Origin: an uncultured Clostridia bacterium
Lineage (GTDB): Bacteria > Bacillota > Clostridia > Christensenellales > UBA1242
Direction of reading: 5' to 3'
Length of the DNA stretch: 64,000 bases
Assembly: GCA_947366545.1 (NCBI GenBank)
Contig: CANBAL010000004.1
Location: 29,136-93,135 of the forward strand
Shown here: one piece after another, positions 46,739 through 55,502 of the stretch
Layout of the letters: each line of letters begins with the position of its first letter
Numbering within the stretch: the first letter of the stretch is position 1
Translations under genes and position numbers: made by a program
The notes under the pieces: generated by a model
Seen by the model: the letters and a program-made list of their open reading frames with translations, nothing else
Told to the model about the DNA's origin: nothing
Database searches by the model: none

Positions 46739-48373
46739 ATGATTAAGAAGATAGACGGAGCGACCTTCCGTAAGATGATAATTGCTGGGGCTGGCCTCTT
46801 AGAGCAAAATAAAAAGTATGTGGACTCACTTAATGTTTTCCCTGTACCAGATGGCGACACTGGTACCAATATGTTTTTGACTATGAAGTCTGCTGTAAAC
46901 GAACTTGGCAAGTGTATCAACAACAATGTCAAGGAACTTTCTGATGCTTTTGCCAAGGGGGCACTTAAAGGTGCGAGAGGAAACAGCGGTGTTATCACTT
47001 CACAAATCTTTAAAGGTTTTTGTACTGAAATAGGTAAAGCCACCGATATTACCACTAAGACCTTTGCTAAGGCTATGCAAGAGGGGGCAAATATTGCCTA
47101 TAAAGCGGTGACTAAACCTAAGGAAGGCACCATTCTTACCGTAATTCGAGTTATGGCAGAAAACGCTGTGAATGTGGCAAAGAAATGCGATGACTTTGAG
47201 GTGTTTTTAAAGAGTGTGCTTGACACTGGTGAGGAAATCCTTAAACAGACCCCTGAAATGCTGCCAGTACTCAAGAAAGCTGGCGTGGTTGATGCGGGCG
47301 GACGCGGCATTCTTATCATTTTCACAGGATTTTACAAACTCATTATGGGTGAGGAGGACTTTGAATTCTCTTTTGAAGATGAGCAAAAGCCTCAAACAGT
47401 AGACGATGTCATTGCTGATATCACTAACCTTGGTGATATTCAATTTGGCTATTGCACTGAATACATGATTATTCACATGAACAAGAAGACAACTGAGGCC
47501 GATATTGACAAGCTTCGTGAAAAGCTTATGCAAATTGGTGATAGCGTAATTTGTATCGGTGACCTCAACCTTGTTAAGGTGCATGTTCACTCTAACGAGC
47601 CAAACAAGGCGATAGGTTATGCTTTGGAACTTGGCGAAATTTACAATATCAAGATTGAAAATATGAGAGAGCAAAACCGCGAAATCAAGAAAAAAGCCAG
47701 CGTACAAGAGCCTACTAAGGAAATTGGTATGGTTGCGGTGGCACCGGGTGACGGACTTTCTGCAATATTTAAAGACCTTGGCGTTGACGAAATTATTGTT
47801 GGCGGACAAACCATGAACCCTAGTGCTGAGGATATTGCAGCGGCTGCTGACAAAGTGCCTGCAAGAAACGTCATTGTATTCCCTAACAATAAGAATATCG
47901 TGCTTGCTGCACAACAAGCAAATGACCTTACAAATAAAAACCTTGTGATTATTCCAACTAGAAGTGTGCCAGAAGGCATTTCTGGTTCAATAGCCTTTAA
48001 CCCAGACGCGAGTGTGGAAGAAAATACTGAGGCTATGAACGAGGCGATTAAGAGCGTTAAATCAGCGTCAGTAACCTATGCTGTAAGAGATACACATGTT
48101 GATGGTTTTGATCTTAGAGTGGGAGAGATTATTGGACTTGACGACAAGGCAATCCTTGCGAAAGGAAAACTTGTGGCGGACACAACAGAAGCGCTTATCG
48201 CAAAACTTATGACTGACGAGACTATGACGGTTACACTTTTCTATGGAGAGGACATTCGTGAGGAAGAAGCGAACGCTCTGACTGAAAAACTTGCTGAAAA
48301 ATACCCAGATTGTGAGGTTTCTTGTGCCTATGGTGGTCAGCCGGTTTACTATTACTTAGTTTCACTTGAATAA
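46739..48373 (+). CDS. DAK2 domain fusion protein YloV
   Basis: DAK2 motif PVPDGDTGTNM near the N-terminus, a C-terminal DegV-like half, 544 aa. Confidence 0.85.
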   Translation: MIKKIDGATFRKMIIAGAGLLEQNKKYVDSLNVFPVPDGDTGTNMFLTMKSAVNELGKCINNNVKELSDAFAKGALKGARGNSGVITSQIFKGFCTEIGKATDITTKTFAKAMQEGANIAYKAVTKPKEGTILTVIRVMAENAVNVAKKCDDFEVFLKSVLDTGEEILKQTPEMLPVLKKAGVVDAGGRGILIIFTGFYKLIMGEEDFEFSFEDEQKPQTVDDVIADITNLGDIQFGYCTEYMIIHMNKKTTEADIDKLREKLMQIGDSVICIGDLNLVKVHVHSNEPNKAIGYALELGEIYNIKIENMREQNREIKKKASVQEPTKEIGMVAVAPGDGLSAIFKDLGVDEIIVGGQTMNPSAEDIAAAADKVPARNVIVFPNNKNIVLAAQQANDLTNKNLVIIPTRSVPEGISGSIAFNPDASVEENTEAMNEAIKSVKSASVTYAVRDTHVDGFDLRVGEIIGLDDKAILAKGKLVADTTEALIAKLMTDETMTVTLFYGEDIREEEANALTEKLAEKYPDCEVSCAYGGQPVYYYLVSLE

Positions 48374-48382
48374 AAGTTATGC

Positions 48383-48410
48383 TTGACATAACTTTTTTTT
48401 ATGATACAAT
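48383..48410 (+). promoter_or_regulatory. Sigma-A promoter (extended -10) embedded in the yloV terminator
   Basis: TTGACA (48383-48388), a 16-nt spacer ending in TGa, then TACAAT (48405-48410). The -35 lies in the loop of the hairpin AAGTTATG/CATAACTT. Confidence 0.55.
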
Positions 48411-48426
48411 ATTAGCGGAGTAAGAT

Positions 48427-49029
48427 ATGGAAGCAAAAATGACCACAAAGGAAATATTGAATAAAGCAGAAAACTTAAAGCTGAGATTTGCCCGTATGAA
48501 GAAAGAGGACAAAAATAGAGGGGCTTATAGTGACGATATCTTTTCAAAGTTTGAAGCAAATTCAAAATTTAATATTAATGAAAGAAAAATGGCAGAGTAT
48601 TACAGACTTTTAAGACAAGAGGTGAGAACAAAGGTAGGCAAAAGAGAGAAGTATGAAAAGCAGTGCCTTGAATTTCTTAGAAACTTTAAACTCACCCGCG
48701 AACTTGATATGCCTATCAGCGGTGACGACCTTTTAAAATTTGTTAATCTTGAAAGTGATATTGATAAGTTGCATGAAGAGGCATACGCTTTAATAAAAAT
48801 TTCAAGATATGTGTCATATATTTTTATGTATACACGTTTAAAAGACTCAGCAGCACTGCAAAAAGATATCAAAATGAGTTATGAGGTTTTGGAAGAACTT
48901 GAGGATATTTCGCCAGAAAAACCATATTCTTGGAGACATCAAAAGATACTTGGCGGGATTTTTAACAAAAAATGCGAAGAAATTACCTCAATTTGGAAAA
49001 AATATGATAAAGATGATGAGTGGAATTAA
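48427..49029 (+). CDS. Hypothetical protein (200 aa)
   Basis: Charged and probably helical, with no recognisable motif. The start is 48427 or 48439. Confidence 0.6.
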   Translation: MEAKMTTKEILNKAENLKLRFARMKKEDKNRGAYSDDIFSKFEANSKFNINERKMAEYYRLLRQEVRTKVGKREKYEKQCLEFLRNFKLTRELDMPISGDDLLKFVNLESDIDKLHEEAYALIKISRYVSYIFMYTRLKDSAALQKDIKMSYEVLEELEDISPEKPYSWRHQKILGGIFNKKCEEITSIWKKYDKDDEWN

Positions 49030-49083
49030 AGATATTGAGTGGAATCAATATCTTTTTTTATTTAAAAATGGTAGAATAATTTT

Positions 49084-49860
49084 ATGGAAAGATTAGATAT
49101 AGCACTTGTAAAACTTGGCTACTTTTCATCACGAGAAAAGGCGCAGGAATGTATAAAAAAAGGCGAGATTTATGTGAATGGCAAGGCAGTAAAAAAGCCT
49201 TCCTTTTTAGTGAGTGAAGGGGACAAGGTTGAGAACAACTGCAAGGAGGAGTATGTATCACGCGGGGCATACAAATTAAAAGGTGCGGATGAAAAGTTTA
49301 AACTTGATTTTGTGGACAAAGTGGTGCTTGATATAGGTGCAAGTACGGGTGGTTTTACTCAGTACGCACTTTTAAAGGGTGCCAAAAAGGTGTACAGTGT
49401 GGATGTAGGGCGAGGGGAACTTAGCCCTGTTTTGCAAGTAGACGGGCGTGTAACTAACATTGAAGGGCAGGATTTTAGAACGCTGGACAAGAACATATGC
49501 CCAGATGTAAACATGATAATAGGAGATGTTTCCTTCATTTCACTTAAACATATCTTTCCTAAAATCGTGGAAATGTATGGGGAGAAAATCGAAGTTGTGA
49601 TGTTGTTTAAGCCACAATTCGAATGTGGAAAAGAGGCGGCAAAAAAGTACAAAGGGGTTGTGCTTGACAAAAAACTTCATATTAAACTGCTTGAGGACTT
49701 TTTAGTGTATCTCACCACCTTTGGCTTTAAGGTGTGTGGGCTTACTGTATCTTCAATTCGCGGAAAAGAGGGAAACATTGAATACCTATTTCATCTTAAC
49801 GGAGCAAACTGCCAAGAAATAAATATTGAAAAGATTGTAAATACTGCGTTTGGCAAATAA
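49084..49860 (+). CDS. tlyA: TlyA-family rRNA 2'-O-methyltransferase
   Basis: N-terminal S4 domain (RLDIALVKLGYFSSREKAQECIKKGEIYVNG) plus an FtsJ-type SAM site LDIGASTGGFT. Confidence 0.88.
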   Translation: MERLDIALVKLGYFSSREKAQECIKKGEIYVNGKAVKKPSFLVSEGDKVENNCKEEYVSRGAYKLKGADEKFKLDFVDKVVLDIGASTGGFTQYALLKGAKKVYSVDVGRGELSPVLQVDGRVTNIEGQDFRTLDKNICPDVNMIIGDVSFISLKHIFPKIVEMYGEKIEVVMLFKPQFECGKEAAKKYKGVVLDKKLHIKLLEDFLVYLTTFGFKVCGLTVSSIRGKEGNIEYLFHLNGANCQEINIEKIVNTAFGK

Positions 49861-49894
49861 AAAAACGGACTAAATTGTCCGCTTTTTATTTTAT

Positions 49895-50545
49895 TTAAAA
49901 TCTTCCTGCTGTTGGATAGAGTGGTAAGTCCTGTAAACCTTGGCAAACATCGTTGTCTGGCGCTGCTTGGCAAGGTGGAACTACTGGATAACCATAGGAT
50001 GGGATGAGTAAGTCTACCACCGCGGTGACTTTAATCATAATTTGAATGCAAGCAGTAACTGTGAATGTATTATCAGCAGTGTACGAGCCGATATTGCTTG
50101 AAAGCAGTGCGGTTGCTGTAATATTCACAGGTGTAGATGCGGGTTGTGGTACGAAAAGTACTACGCGTTTTTGTACTGTCACAGAACTTGATGCAGTGCC
50201 AAGCACTCCGTTTGCATCTCTATAAGTAACTGTTACTGGAATTGTAATCGTCATGCTAACATTTGCAAAGTTAGGTGAAGAATCAATTCGGTCTACTACA
50301 AGGTCGCTGACAACGGCTGGTGAGCCAGTAGTATTGACTGCTGATACAAATGTAAGTGGGAAAGCGGGATTTTCTGGATTGTATCCTGTTACAGGAAGTA
50401 TCACACCAGTTTCAGTGGTTTGGCTTACGCAGGCGTCAAACACTTTTGTAGTTTCAATCATAACTTTTTCACAGATACCATTAAGTGGATTGCCCACGAT
50501 AGGTCCTGGTCGGTTAGGATTTGTATTGTTTATAAAAAACGACAT
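49895..50545 (-). CDS. Hypothetical beta-rich Thr/Val/Ser-rich protein, candidate spore coat/exosporium/appendage component
   Basis: The 216 aa follow a strong RBS (GGAGG) and have no signal peptide. Cys residues are confined to the termini (C25, C39, C176, and CQAAPDNDVC near the C-terminus). A sigma-K-like promoter lies upstream. The functional call is inference only. Confidence 0.6.
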   Translation of the reverse strand: MSFFINNTNPNRPGPIVGNPLNGICEKVMIETTKVFDACVSQTTETGVILPVTGYNPENPAFPLTFVSAVNTTGSPAVVSDLVVDRIDSSPNFANVSMTITIPVTVTYRDANGVLGTASSSVTVQKRVVLFVPQPASTPVNITATALLSSNIGSYTADNTFTVTACIQIMIKVTAVVDLLIPSYGYPVVPPCQAAPDNDVCQGLQDLPLYPTAGRF

Positions 50546-50623
50546 TTATTAACCTCCTTTAGTTTATGCTTAAACTTTTTCTTGGATAGGGCATCCATAG
50601 ATAGCAGAGTTTTGCATACACTT

Positions 50624-50653
50624 TAAAATATGCGGAAAGAGGTGTAATTTGTG
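50624..50653 (-). promoter_or_regulatory. Mother-cell (sigma-K/sigma-E-like) promoter candidate
   Basis: The minus strand reads CACA, 17 nt, then CATATTTTA. This matches the sigma-K pattern of AC, 16-17 nt, CATAnnnTA. Confidence 0.4.
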
Positions 50654-50718
50654 CATAAAAGGTTATTTTATTTGCAAAAAACTCGCAAAGTGTGATAAAC
50701 TTTAAAAGCGAGGAAATT

Positions 50719-51814
50719 ATGATTTTAGATAATATTAAAGAAAAACTGAATACAAATAAAGAAGACTTAGCCTTCTTAAAGGAGTGTCTTTGACCCGACT
50801 GGGCTTGAAGGAAAATTAAAAGAATTAAAGGTAAAGCAGTCGCAAGAAGATTTTTATGCTGACCAAAAACTTGTGCTTAAAGTTGGTAAAGAGATTAAAG
50901 AGGTGGAGCGTAAACTTAACCTATTGAAAGACCTTGAAGGACAGCTTAATGACTGCTACGCGCTTATTGAAATGATAGAGGAAAGTGGCGAAGAGGAACT
51001 TGGCAAGGAACTTGAAGAGATGACAGCGAAACTCTCACAAGAACTAGCAAATGCCAAGATTGACACGCTACTTAGTGGAAAATATGACGGCTATGACGCC
51101 ATAATCACCATACATGCTGGCGCGGGTGGTACTGAGGCTCAGGACTGGGCGGATATGCTTTATCGTATGTACTGTATGTATTGCGACAAACAGGGTTTCA
51201 AGCGAAAGGTGTTGGATGCCCTTGACGGTGACGAGGCAGGTTTAAAGGTGGTGACTTTTGAAGTGAGTGGCACAAATGCATATGGCTATTTAAAAGCAGA
51301 GAAGGGTGTGCATCGTTTGGTGCGAATTTCGCCTTTTGATTCAAACGCACGCCGACACACAAGTTTTGCAAGCGTGGAGGTAATGCCAAAAATTGAGGAG
51401 GCTCCTGACATTGAGATAAGGGCGGAGGACCTTAAAATTGACACCTATCGTGCATCTGGTGCGGGCGGACAGCACATTAATAAAACTGATAGTGCGGTGC
51501 GTATTACCCACATTCCAACGGGGATTGTGGTTGCATGCCAGACAGAGCGAAGTCAGGTGCAAAACAAGGAAACTGCAATGAGTATGCTTTATTCTCGTCT
51601 TGTAGAAAAACAAGAAAGTGAAGAGGCTGAAAAACTTGCTTCAATCCGCGGAGAGATTAAAAAAATCGAATGGGGAAGCCAAATCCGCAGTTATGTCTTT
51701 TGTCCTTACACGCTGGTTAAAGACCATAGAACGGGATATGAGGACAGTAATATTCAAAGCGTCATGGACGGAAATATTCAAGAATTTATAAACGATTATC
51801 TAAAAAAGGCGTAA
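50719..51814 (+). CDS. prfB: Peptide chain release factor 2, requiring a programmed +1 frameshift
   Basis: Frame 0 runs from 50719 to 50790 (MILDNIKEKLNTNKEDLAFLKECL) and ends at the TGA at 50791-50793 within AAGGAG-TGT-CTT-TGA-C. The +1 frame runs from 50792 to 51814 and carries the SPF (RISPFDS) and GGQ (GAGGQHINK) motifs. Confidence 0.92.
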
Positions 51815-51837
51815 AAAACACTAAAATCGAGGCAAAT

Positions 51838-52923
51838 ATGAACTATTTTGAAAGAATGAAAGAAAAATATGATAAATTAAAGGACAAAAAAGATGTCCTT
51901 ATTCTTTCCGTGGAATCCTCATGTGACGAAACAAGTGTGGCGGTGGTTAAGAATGGCCGAATAGTGCTTTCAAACATTATTGCCACCCAAATAGAAATTC
52001 ACAGACGCTTTGGCGGAGTGGTGCCAGAGGTGGCATCAAGAAATCATATCACTGCAATATCAAATATTTTTGACGAGGCATTGAGAGCGGCAAACATCAC
52101 AAAAGATGACATTGACGCGGTGGCAGTCACCTATGGTGCGGGGCTGGTTGGAGCCTTGCTTGTAGGAGTGAACTTTGCCAAGAGCCTTGCTTACGCTTTG
52201 GATGTACCGCTTATTGCGGTAAGCCATGTGCATGGGCATATTGCTGCAAATTATATTTCACATGAAAGCCTTACTCCGCCATTCCTTTGCCTTATGGTAA
52301 GTGGTGGACATACTGCAATACTTGAAATTAAAGACTACAACGAATTTAAACTTCTTGGCACCACTGTGGATGACGCGGTTGGTGAGGCCTTTGACAAGGT
52401 TGCAAGGGTTTTGGGACTGCCTTATCCTGGGGGACCAGAGATAGATAAACTTGCAAAAGTAGGTGAAAATAAATATAAATTTGTGGTATCAAACAGCATG
52501 AAAGACACCTTTAATTTTTCATTTAGCGGAATAAAAACGGCGGTAGTGAATTTTGTGCATAATAAAACTCAAAAGGGTGAAGAAATAAACAAGGCAGATG
52601 TTGCGCGCTCCTTTGAAGAGTATGTGACGGAGGAACTTACTACCAAGGCGGTGAAGGCGTGCAGGTATGTAGGAAGCAAAAAGCTTGTTGTTGCTGGCGG
52701 GGTTGGTGCAAATGCCAAACTTAAGGAAAAATTGTCAAACGCTTGTGAGGCGGGAGGAGTTGCTTTCTATGCCCCAGTATTACGCTACTGCACCGATAAT
52801 GCGGCAATGATAGGCTCCGCCGCCTATTATATGATGAAAAGCGGGCTTGGACTTAGTGATTTGACCCTTACTGGTAAGCCAAATGTAGAACTTGGGAGGG
52901 TGTATGAAACAAAAAATAACTGA
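51838..52923 (+). CDS. tsaD: tRNA N6-adenosine threonylcarbamoyltransferase TsaD
   Basis: ILSVESSCDETSVAVV, the metal-binding HVHGHI, and GGVGAN near the C-terminus. Confidence 0.92.
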   Translation: MNYFERMKEKYDKLKDKKDVLILSVESSCDETSVAVVKNGRIVLSNIIATQIEIHRRFGGVVPEVASRNHITAISNIFDEALRAANITKDDIDAVAVTYGAGLVGALLVGVNFAKSLAYALDVPLIAVSHVHGHIAANYISHESLTPPFLCLMVSGGHTAILEIKDYNEFKLLGTTVDDAVGEAFDKVARVLGLPYPGGPEIDKLAKVGENKYKFVVSNSMKDTFNFSFSGIKTAVVNFVHNKTQKGEEINKADVARSFEEYVTEELTTKAVKACRYVGSKKLVVAGGVGANAKLKEKLSNACEAGGVAFYAPVLRYCTDNAAMIGSAAYYMMKSGLGLSDLTLTGKPNVELGRVYETKNN

Positions 52924-53644
52924 GTTCTTTAAAAGTTTTACGCTATTTGAATTAATATTTTTGCCCGTTTCTTTAATAGCAGTGCTTACAGTTTCTATAG
53001 TTTTTAAATGTGATGCACTTTCTATTGTGTATTCAGTTGTGGGGATTATGGCCACCTTCTTCCTTTCAAAAGGAGTGTTTTTTGCGCCACTTTGCCTTAT
53101 TGTCATGTATGGGCTTTATGTCGCACAGTCATATTTGCAAAGTTTATATGGTGAGGCATTTTTGTATCTAGTTCTACTAATACCTCTTCAAATTTATACT
53201 TTTGTAAATTGGGTTATTAAACAAAAACAGGGAAGAAACTCAAATGTTCTTGTGATGCGTGACCTCAAATGGCGAGAGTGGACTTGCCTTGCAGTCGGAA
53301 CGGTGGCAATAGGTGTGGCAAGTTATTTTGCGCTTAGGGCATTAAATACAAACTATTTAATTCTAAGTGCTATATCTTTTGCAGGTGCATGCCTTGCAAA
53401 TTATCTGACGATGAGAGGAAGTATTTATCAATTTGTTGTCTACCTTATCAATGATATTGTCCTTATTATATTATGGCTTATGCCGGTGTTTGAAGGTTTG
53501 CCTGCGGGGACTGACTTTGTGCCTATGGCTGTAGCCTTTGCCGCATATATCGCAAACAATATTTATGGACTTGTAAACTGGTATAAAATAAGAAAAAACA
53601 AAAAATCGGAGGAAGAAAATGGAACTACTAGCGCCAGCAGGTAA
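52904..53644 (+). CDS. pnuC: PnuC-family nicotinamide riboside transporter (probable)
   Basis: Seven to eight TM helices and Trp-containing motifs (FVNWVIKQK, GLVNWYKIRK) resembling PnuC. The ATG at 52904 follows GGGAGG. Confidence 0.5.
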   Translation: MKQKITEFFKSFTLFELIFLPVSLIAVLTVSIVFKCDALSIVYSVVGIMATFFLSKGVFFAPLCLIVMYGLYVAQSYLQSLYGEAFLYLVLLIPLQIYTFVNWVIKQKQGRNSNVLVMRDLKWREWTCLAVGTVAIGVASYFALRALNTNYLILSAISFAGACLANYLTMRGSIYQFVVYLINDIVLIILWLMPVFEGLPAGTDFVPMAVAFAAYIANNIYGLVNWYKIRKNKKSEEENGTTSASR

Positions 53645-54815
53645 TTTTGAAAAACTTATAACGGCGATACATTTTGGTGCAGATGCTGTATATTTCAGTG
53701 GCAAGAGATTTGGCTTGCGTGCTTTTGCGGGCAATTTTGAAGACGATGAAATTATAAAGGCCATGGAGTATCTTCACGAGCGTGGCAAGAAGGGCTACAT
53801 CACTTTAAATATTGTGGCAAATGATGAAGATTTTGTAGGCCTTGATGATTATCTTGACCTACTTGTTAGGGCAGAAGTTGACGGGGTTATAGTCAGCGAC
53901 CTTGGGGTGGTGAAATTCATTCGTGACCACGCACCTGGGCTCAATGTACATGTGTCCACACAAGCAAATGTAAACAACTACTACTCGGCGAAGGTGTTTA
54001 CTGATATGGGGGCAACCCGTATAGTGCTTGCAAGGGAACTTAGTTTAAAACAAATTAAAGCCCTGCATGAAAAACTTGGCGATAAAATCGAGCTTGAAGC
54101 ATTTGTACATGGTGCAATGTGTATTTCCTATTCTGGGCGATGTCTGCTTTCTAATTATCTTACGGGAAGGGAAAGTAACCATGGTGCTTGCGTGCAGGCT
54201 TGTCGCTGGAAATACTATATTCGTGAAGAAAGCCGAGATGACGAATATCCTATCGAAGAGGACAGCCGCGGTACCTACATATTAAATTCAAAAGATATGA
54301 ATATGATTTCACACCTTAAAGAAATGGAAGATGCTGGGGTGAAAAGCCTTAAAATAGAAGGAAGGATGAAATCGGCTTACTATGTTGCCACCGTGGTGAA
54401 TGCCTATCGTATGGCACTTGACAGTCCTAATTATAAGGTGAGTGAAGAGCTTGCTGCCGAACTTGAAAAGGCAAGCCATAGACGCTACTCCACAGGTTTC
54501 TATCTTGGTGGAAAGGACACGGAATTCTTAGAGGATAGTATGCCAGTACAAACACATGAGTTTGTAGCTACCGTGGTTGGCAAAGATGATGATGGCGTGG
54601 TGCTTGAAATGCGCAACCGTTTTGTTGAAGGGGAGGAACTTGAAATTTTATCTCCAAATAAAGAGATATTCAACAAAAAAATTCGTATGCAAAATATGAC
54701 AGATGAAAAAGGCGAGTCTATCACTGATGTGAAAGGGGTACAACAGCGAGTGCACTACAAAACAAACCTTCCATTTGAGGTGGGGGATATACTTAGAAGA
54801 GCGATTGGCTCTTGA
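53619..54815 (+). CDS. Peptidase U32 family protein
   Basis: The N-terminus MELLAPAGNFEKLITAIHFGADAVYFSG and the Cys-containing segment ESNHGACVQACRWKY are typical of U32/RlhA-like proteins. Confidence 0.8.
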   Translation: MELLAPAGNFEKLITAIHFGADAVYFSGKRFGLRAFAGNFEDDEIIKAMEYLHERGKKGYITLNIVANDEDFVGLDDYLDLLVRAEVDGVIVSDLGVVKFIRDHAPGLNVHVSTQANVNNYYSAKVFTDMGATRIVLARELSLKQIKALHEKLGDKIELEAFVHGAMCISYSGRCLLSNYLTGRESNHGACVQACRWKYYIREESRDDEYPIEEDSRGTYILNSKDMNMISHLKEMEDAGVKSLKIEGRMKSAYYVATVVNAYRMALDSPNYKVSEELAAELEKASHRRYSTGFYLGGKDTEFLEDSMPVQTHEFVATVVGKDDDGVVLEMRNRFVEGEELEILSPNKEIFNKKIRMQNMTDEKGESITDVKGVQQRVHYKTNLPFEVGDILRRAIGS

Positions 54816-54841
54816 CTTGTACTTAATCTTATGATATAATA
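54813..54841 (+). promoter_or_regulatory. Sigma-A promoter (extended -10) of the 158-aa orphan
   Basis: TTGACT (54813-54818, overlapping the U32 stop codon), a 17-nt spacer ending in TGa, then TATAAT (54836-54841). Confidence 0.6.
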
Positions 54842-54856
54842 CAAATATAGGAGGAA

Positions 54857-55333
54857 ATGATTATGGAACTTACGGATAACAAGAAAGGGCAAAGCGTTGA
54901 AGAATTTATTAATAAAGCTATTAAGTATGATTATTCAGCAGATGCAATTATTAGTAGGCTAGTAAATATAGATGTCAGCGAGGTAATTGAAGGAAGCGAA
55001 AGCATGAAAAAACTTTCAAAGTTTGTGCTTGATAAAATAGAAGATATTGCAATTACCAATCGTTTAGGAGGTAATTTGTCAGACATACTACTTAGTTTAA
55101 CACATGTAGCAAAAAGTTATGAACTTCTTGCAAAGTATGAGGACGCTATATTGTCAATGAGAATGGGATATGCTCTTGAACAACCTCGCTCTGATTCAAA
55201 TGAATTATGTAAAGAGTATAGAGATAAAATGTGTGCCAGTGTTATTAACGTAATAGATGCAGTGCGAAAGGAAGAGGGGCTACTTGAAATGGTAACTGAA
55301 AAGCCTCAAACAAGTGAGGACGAGCAAGATTAA
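54857..55333 (+). CDS. Hypothetical protein (158 aa)
   Basis: RBS AGGAGG. The start is 54857 or 54863. It looks helical with an acidic C-terminus, and I recognise no domain. Confidence 0.6.
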   Translation: MIMELTDNKKGQSVEEFINKAIKYDYSADAIISRLVNIDVSEVIEGSESMKKLSKFVLDKIEDIAITNRLGGNLSDILLSLTHVAKSYELLAKYEDAILSMRMGYALEQPRSDSNELCKEYRDKMCASVINVIDAVRKEEGLLEMVTEKPQTSEDEQD

Positions 55334-55384
55334 AATTTAACAACAAAAAATTTCAAAAAAATTTAAAATAGTTGGCAAAATTTG

Positions 55385-55413
55385 TTGACTATTTTTTTGT
55401 AATTGCATATACT
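55385..55413 (+). promoter_or_regulatory. Sigma-A promoter of the hrcA-grpE-dnaK-dnaJ operon
   Basis: TTGACT (55385-55390), a 17-nt spacer, then TATACT (55408-55413). It sits immediately upstream of CIRCE. Confidence 0.7.
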
Positions 55414-55417
55414 ATTG

Positions 55418-55444
55418 CTAGCACTTAGGTTGCAAGAGTGCTAA
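55418..55444 (+). promoter_or_regulatory. CIRCE operator (HrcA binding site)
   Basis: cTAGCACTt, 9 nt (aggttgcaa), GAGTGCTAA. The consensus is TTAGCACTC-N9-GAGTGCTAA. Confidence 0.9.
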
Positions 55445-55502
55445 AAAGTCGAAAAATAGATTCACTCCGCGTTGGTCGGAATGACAGAAGAGAGGGTGAG
55501 AA

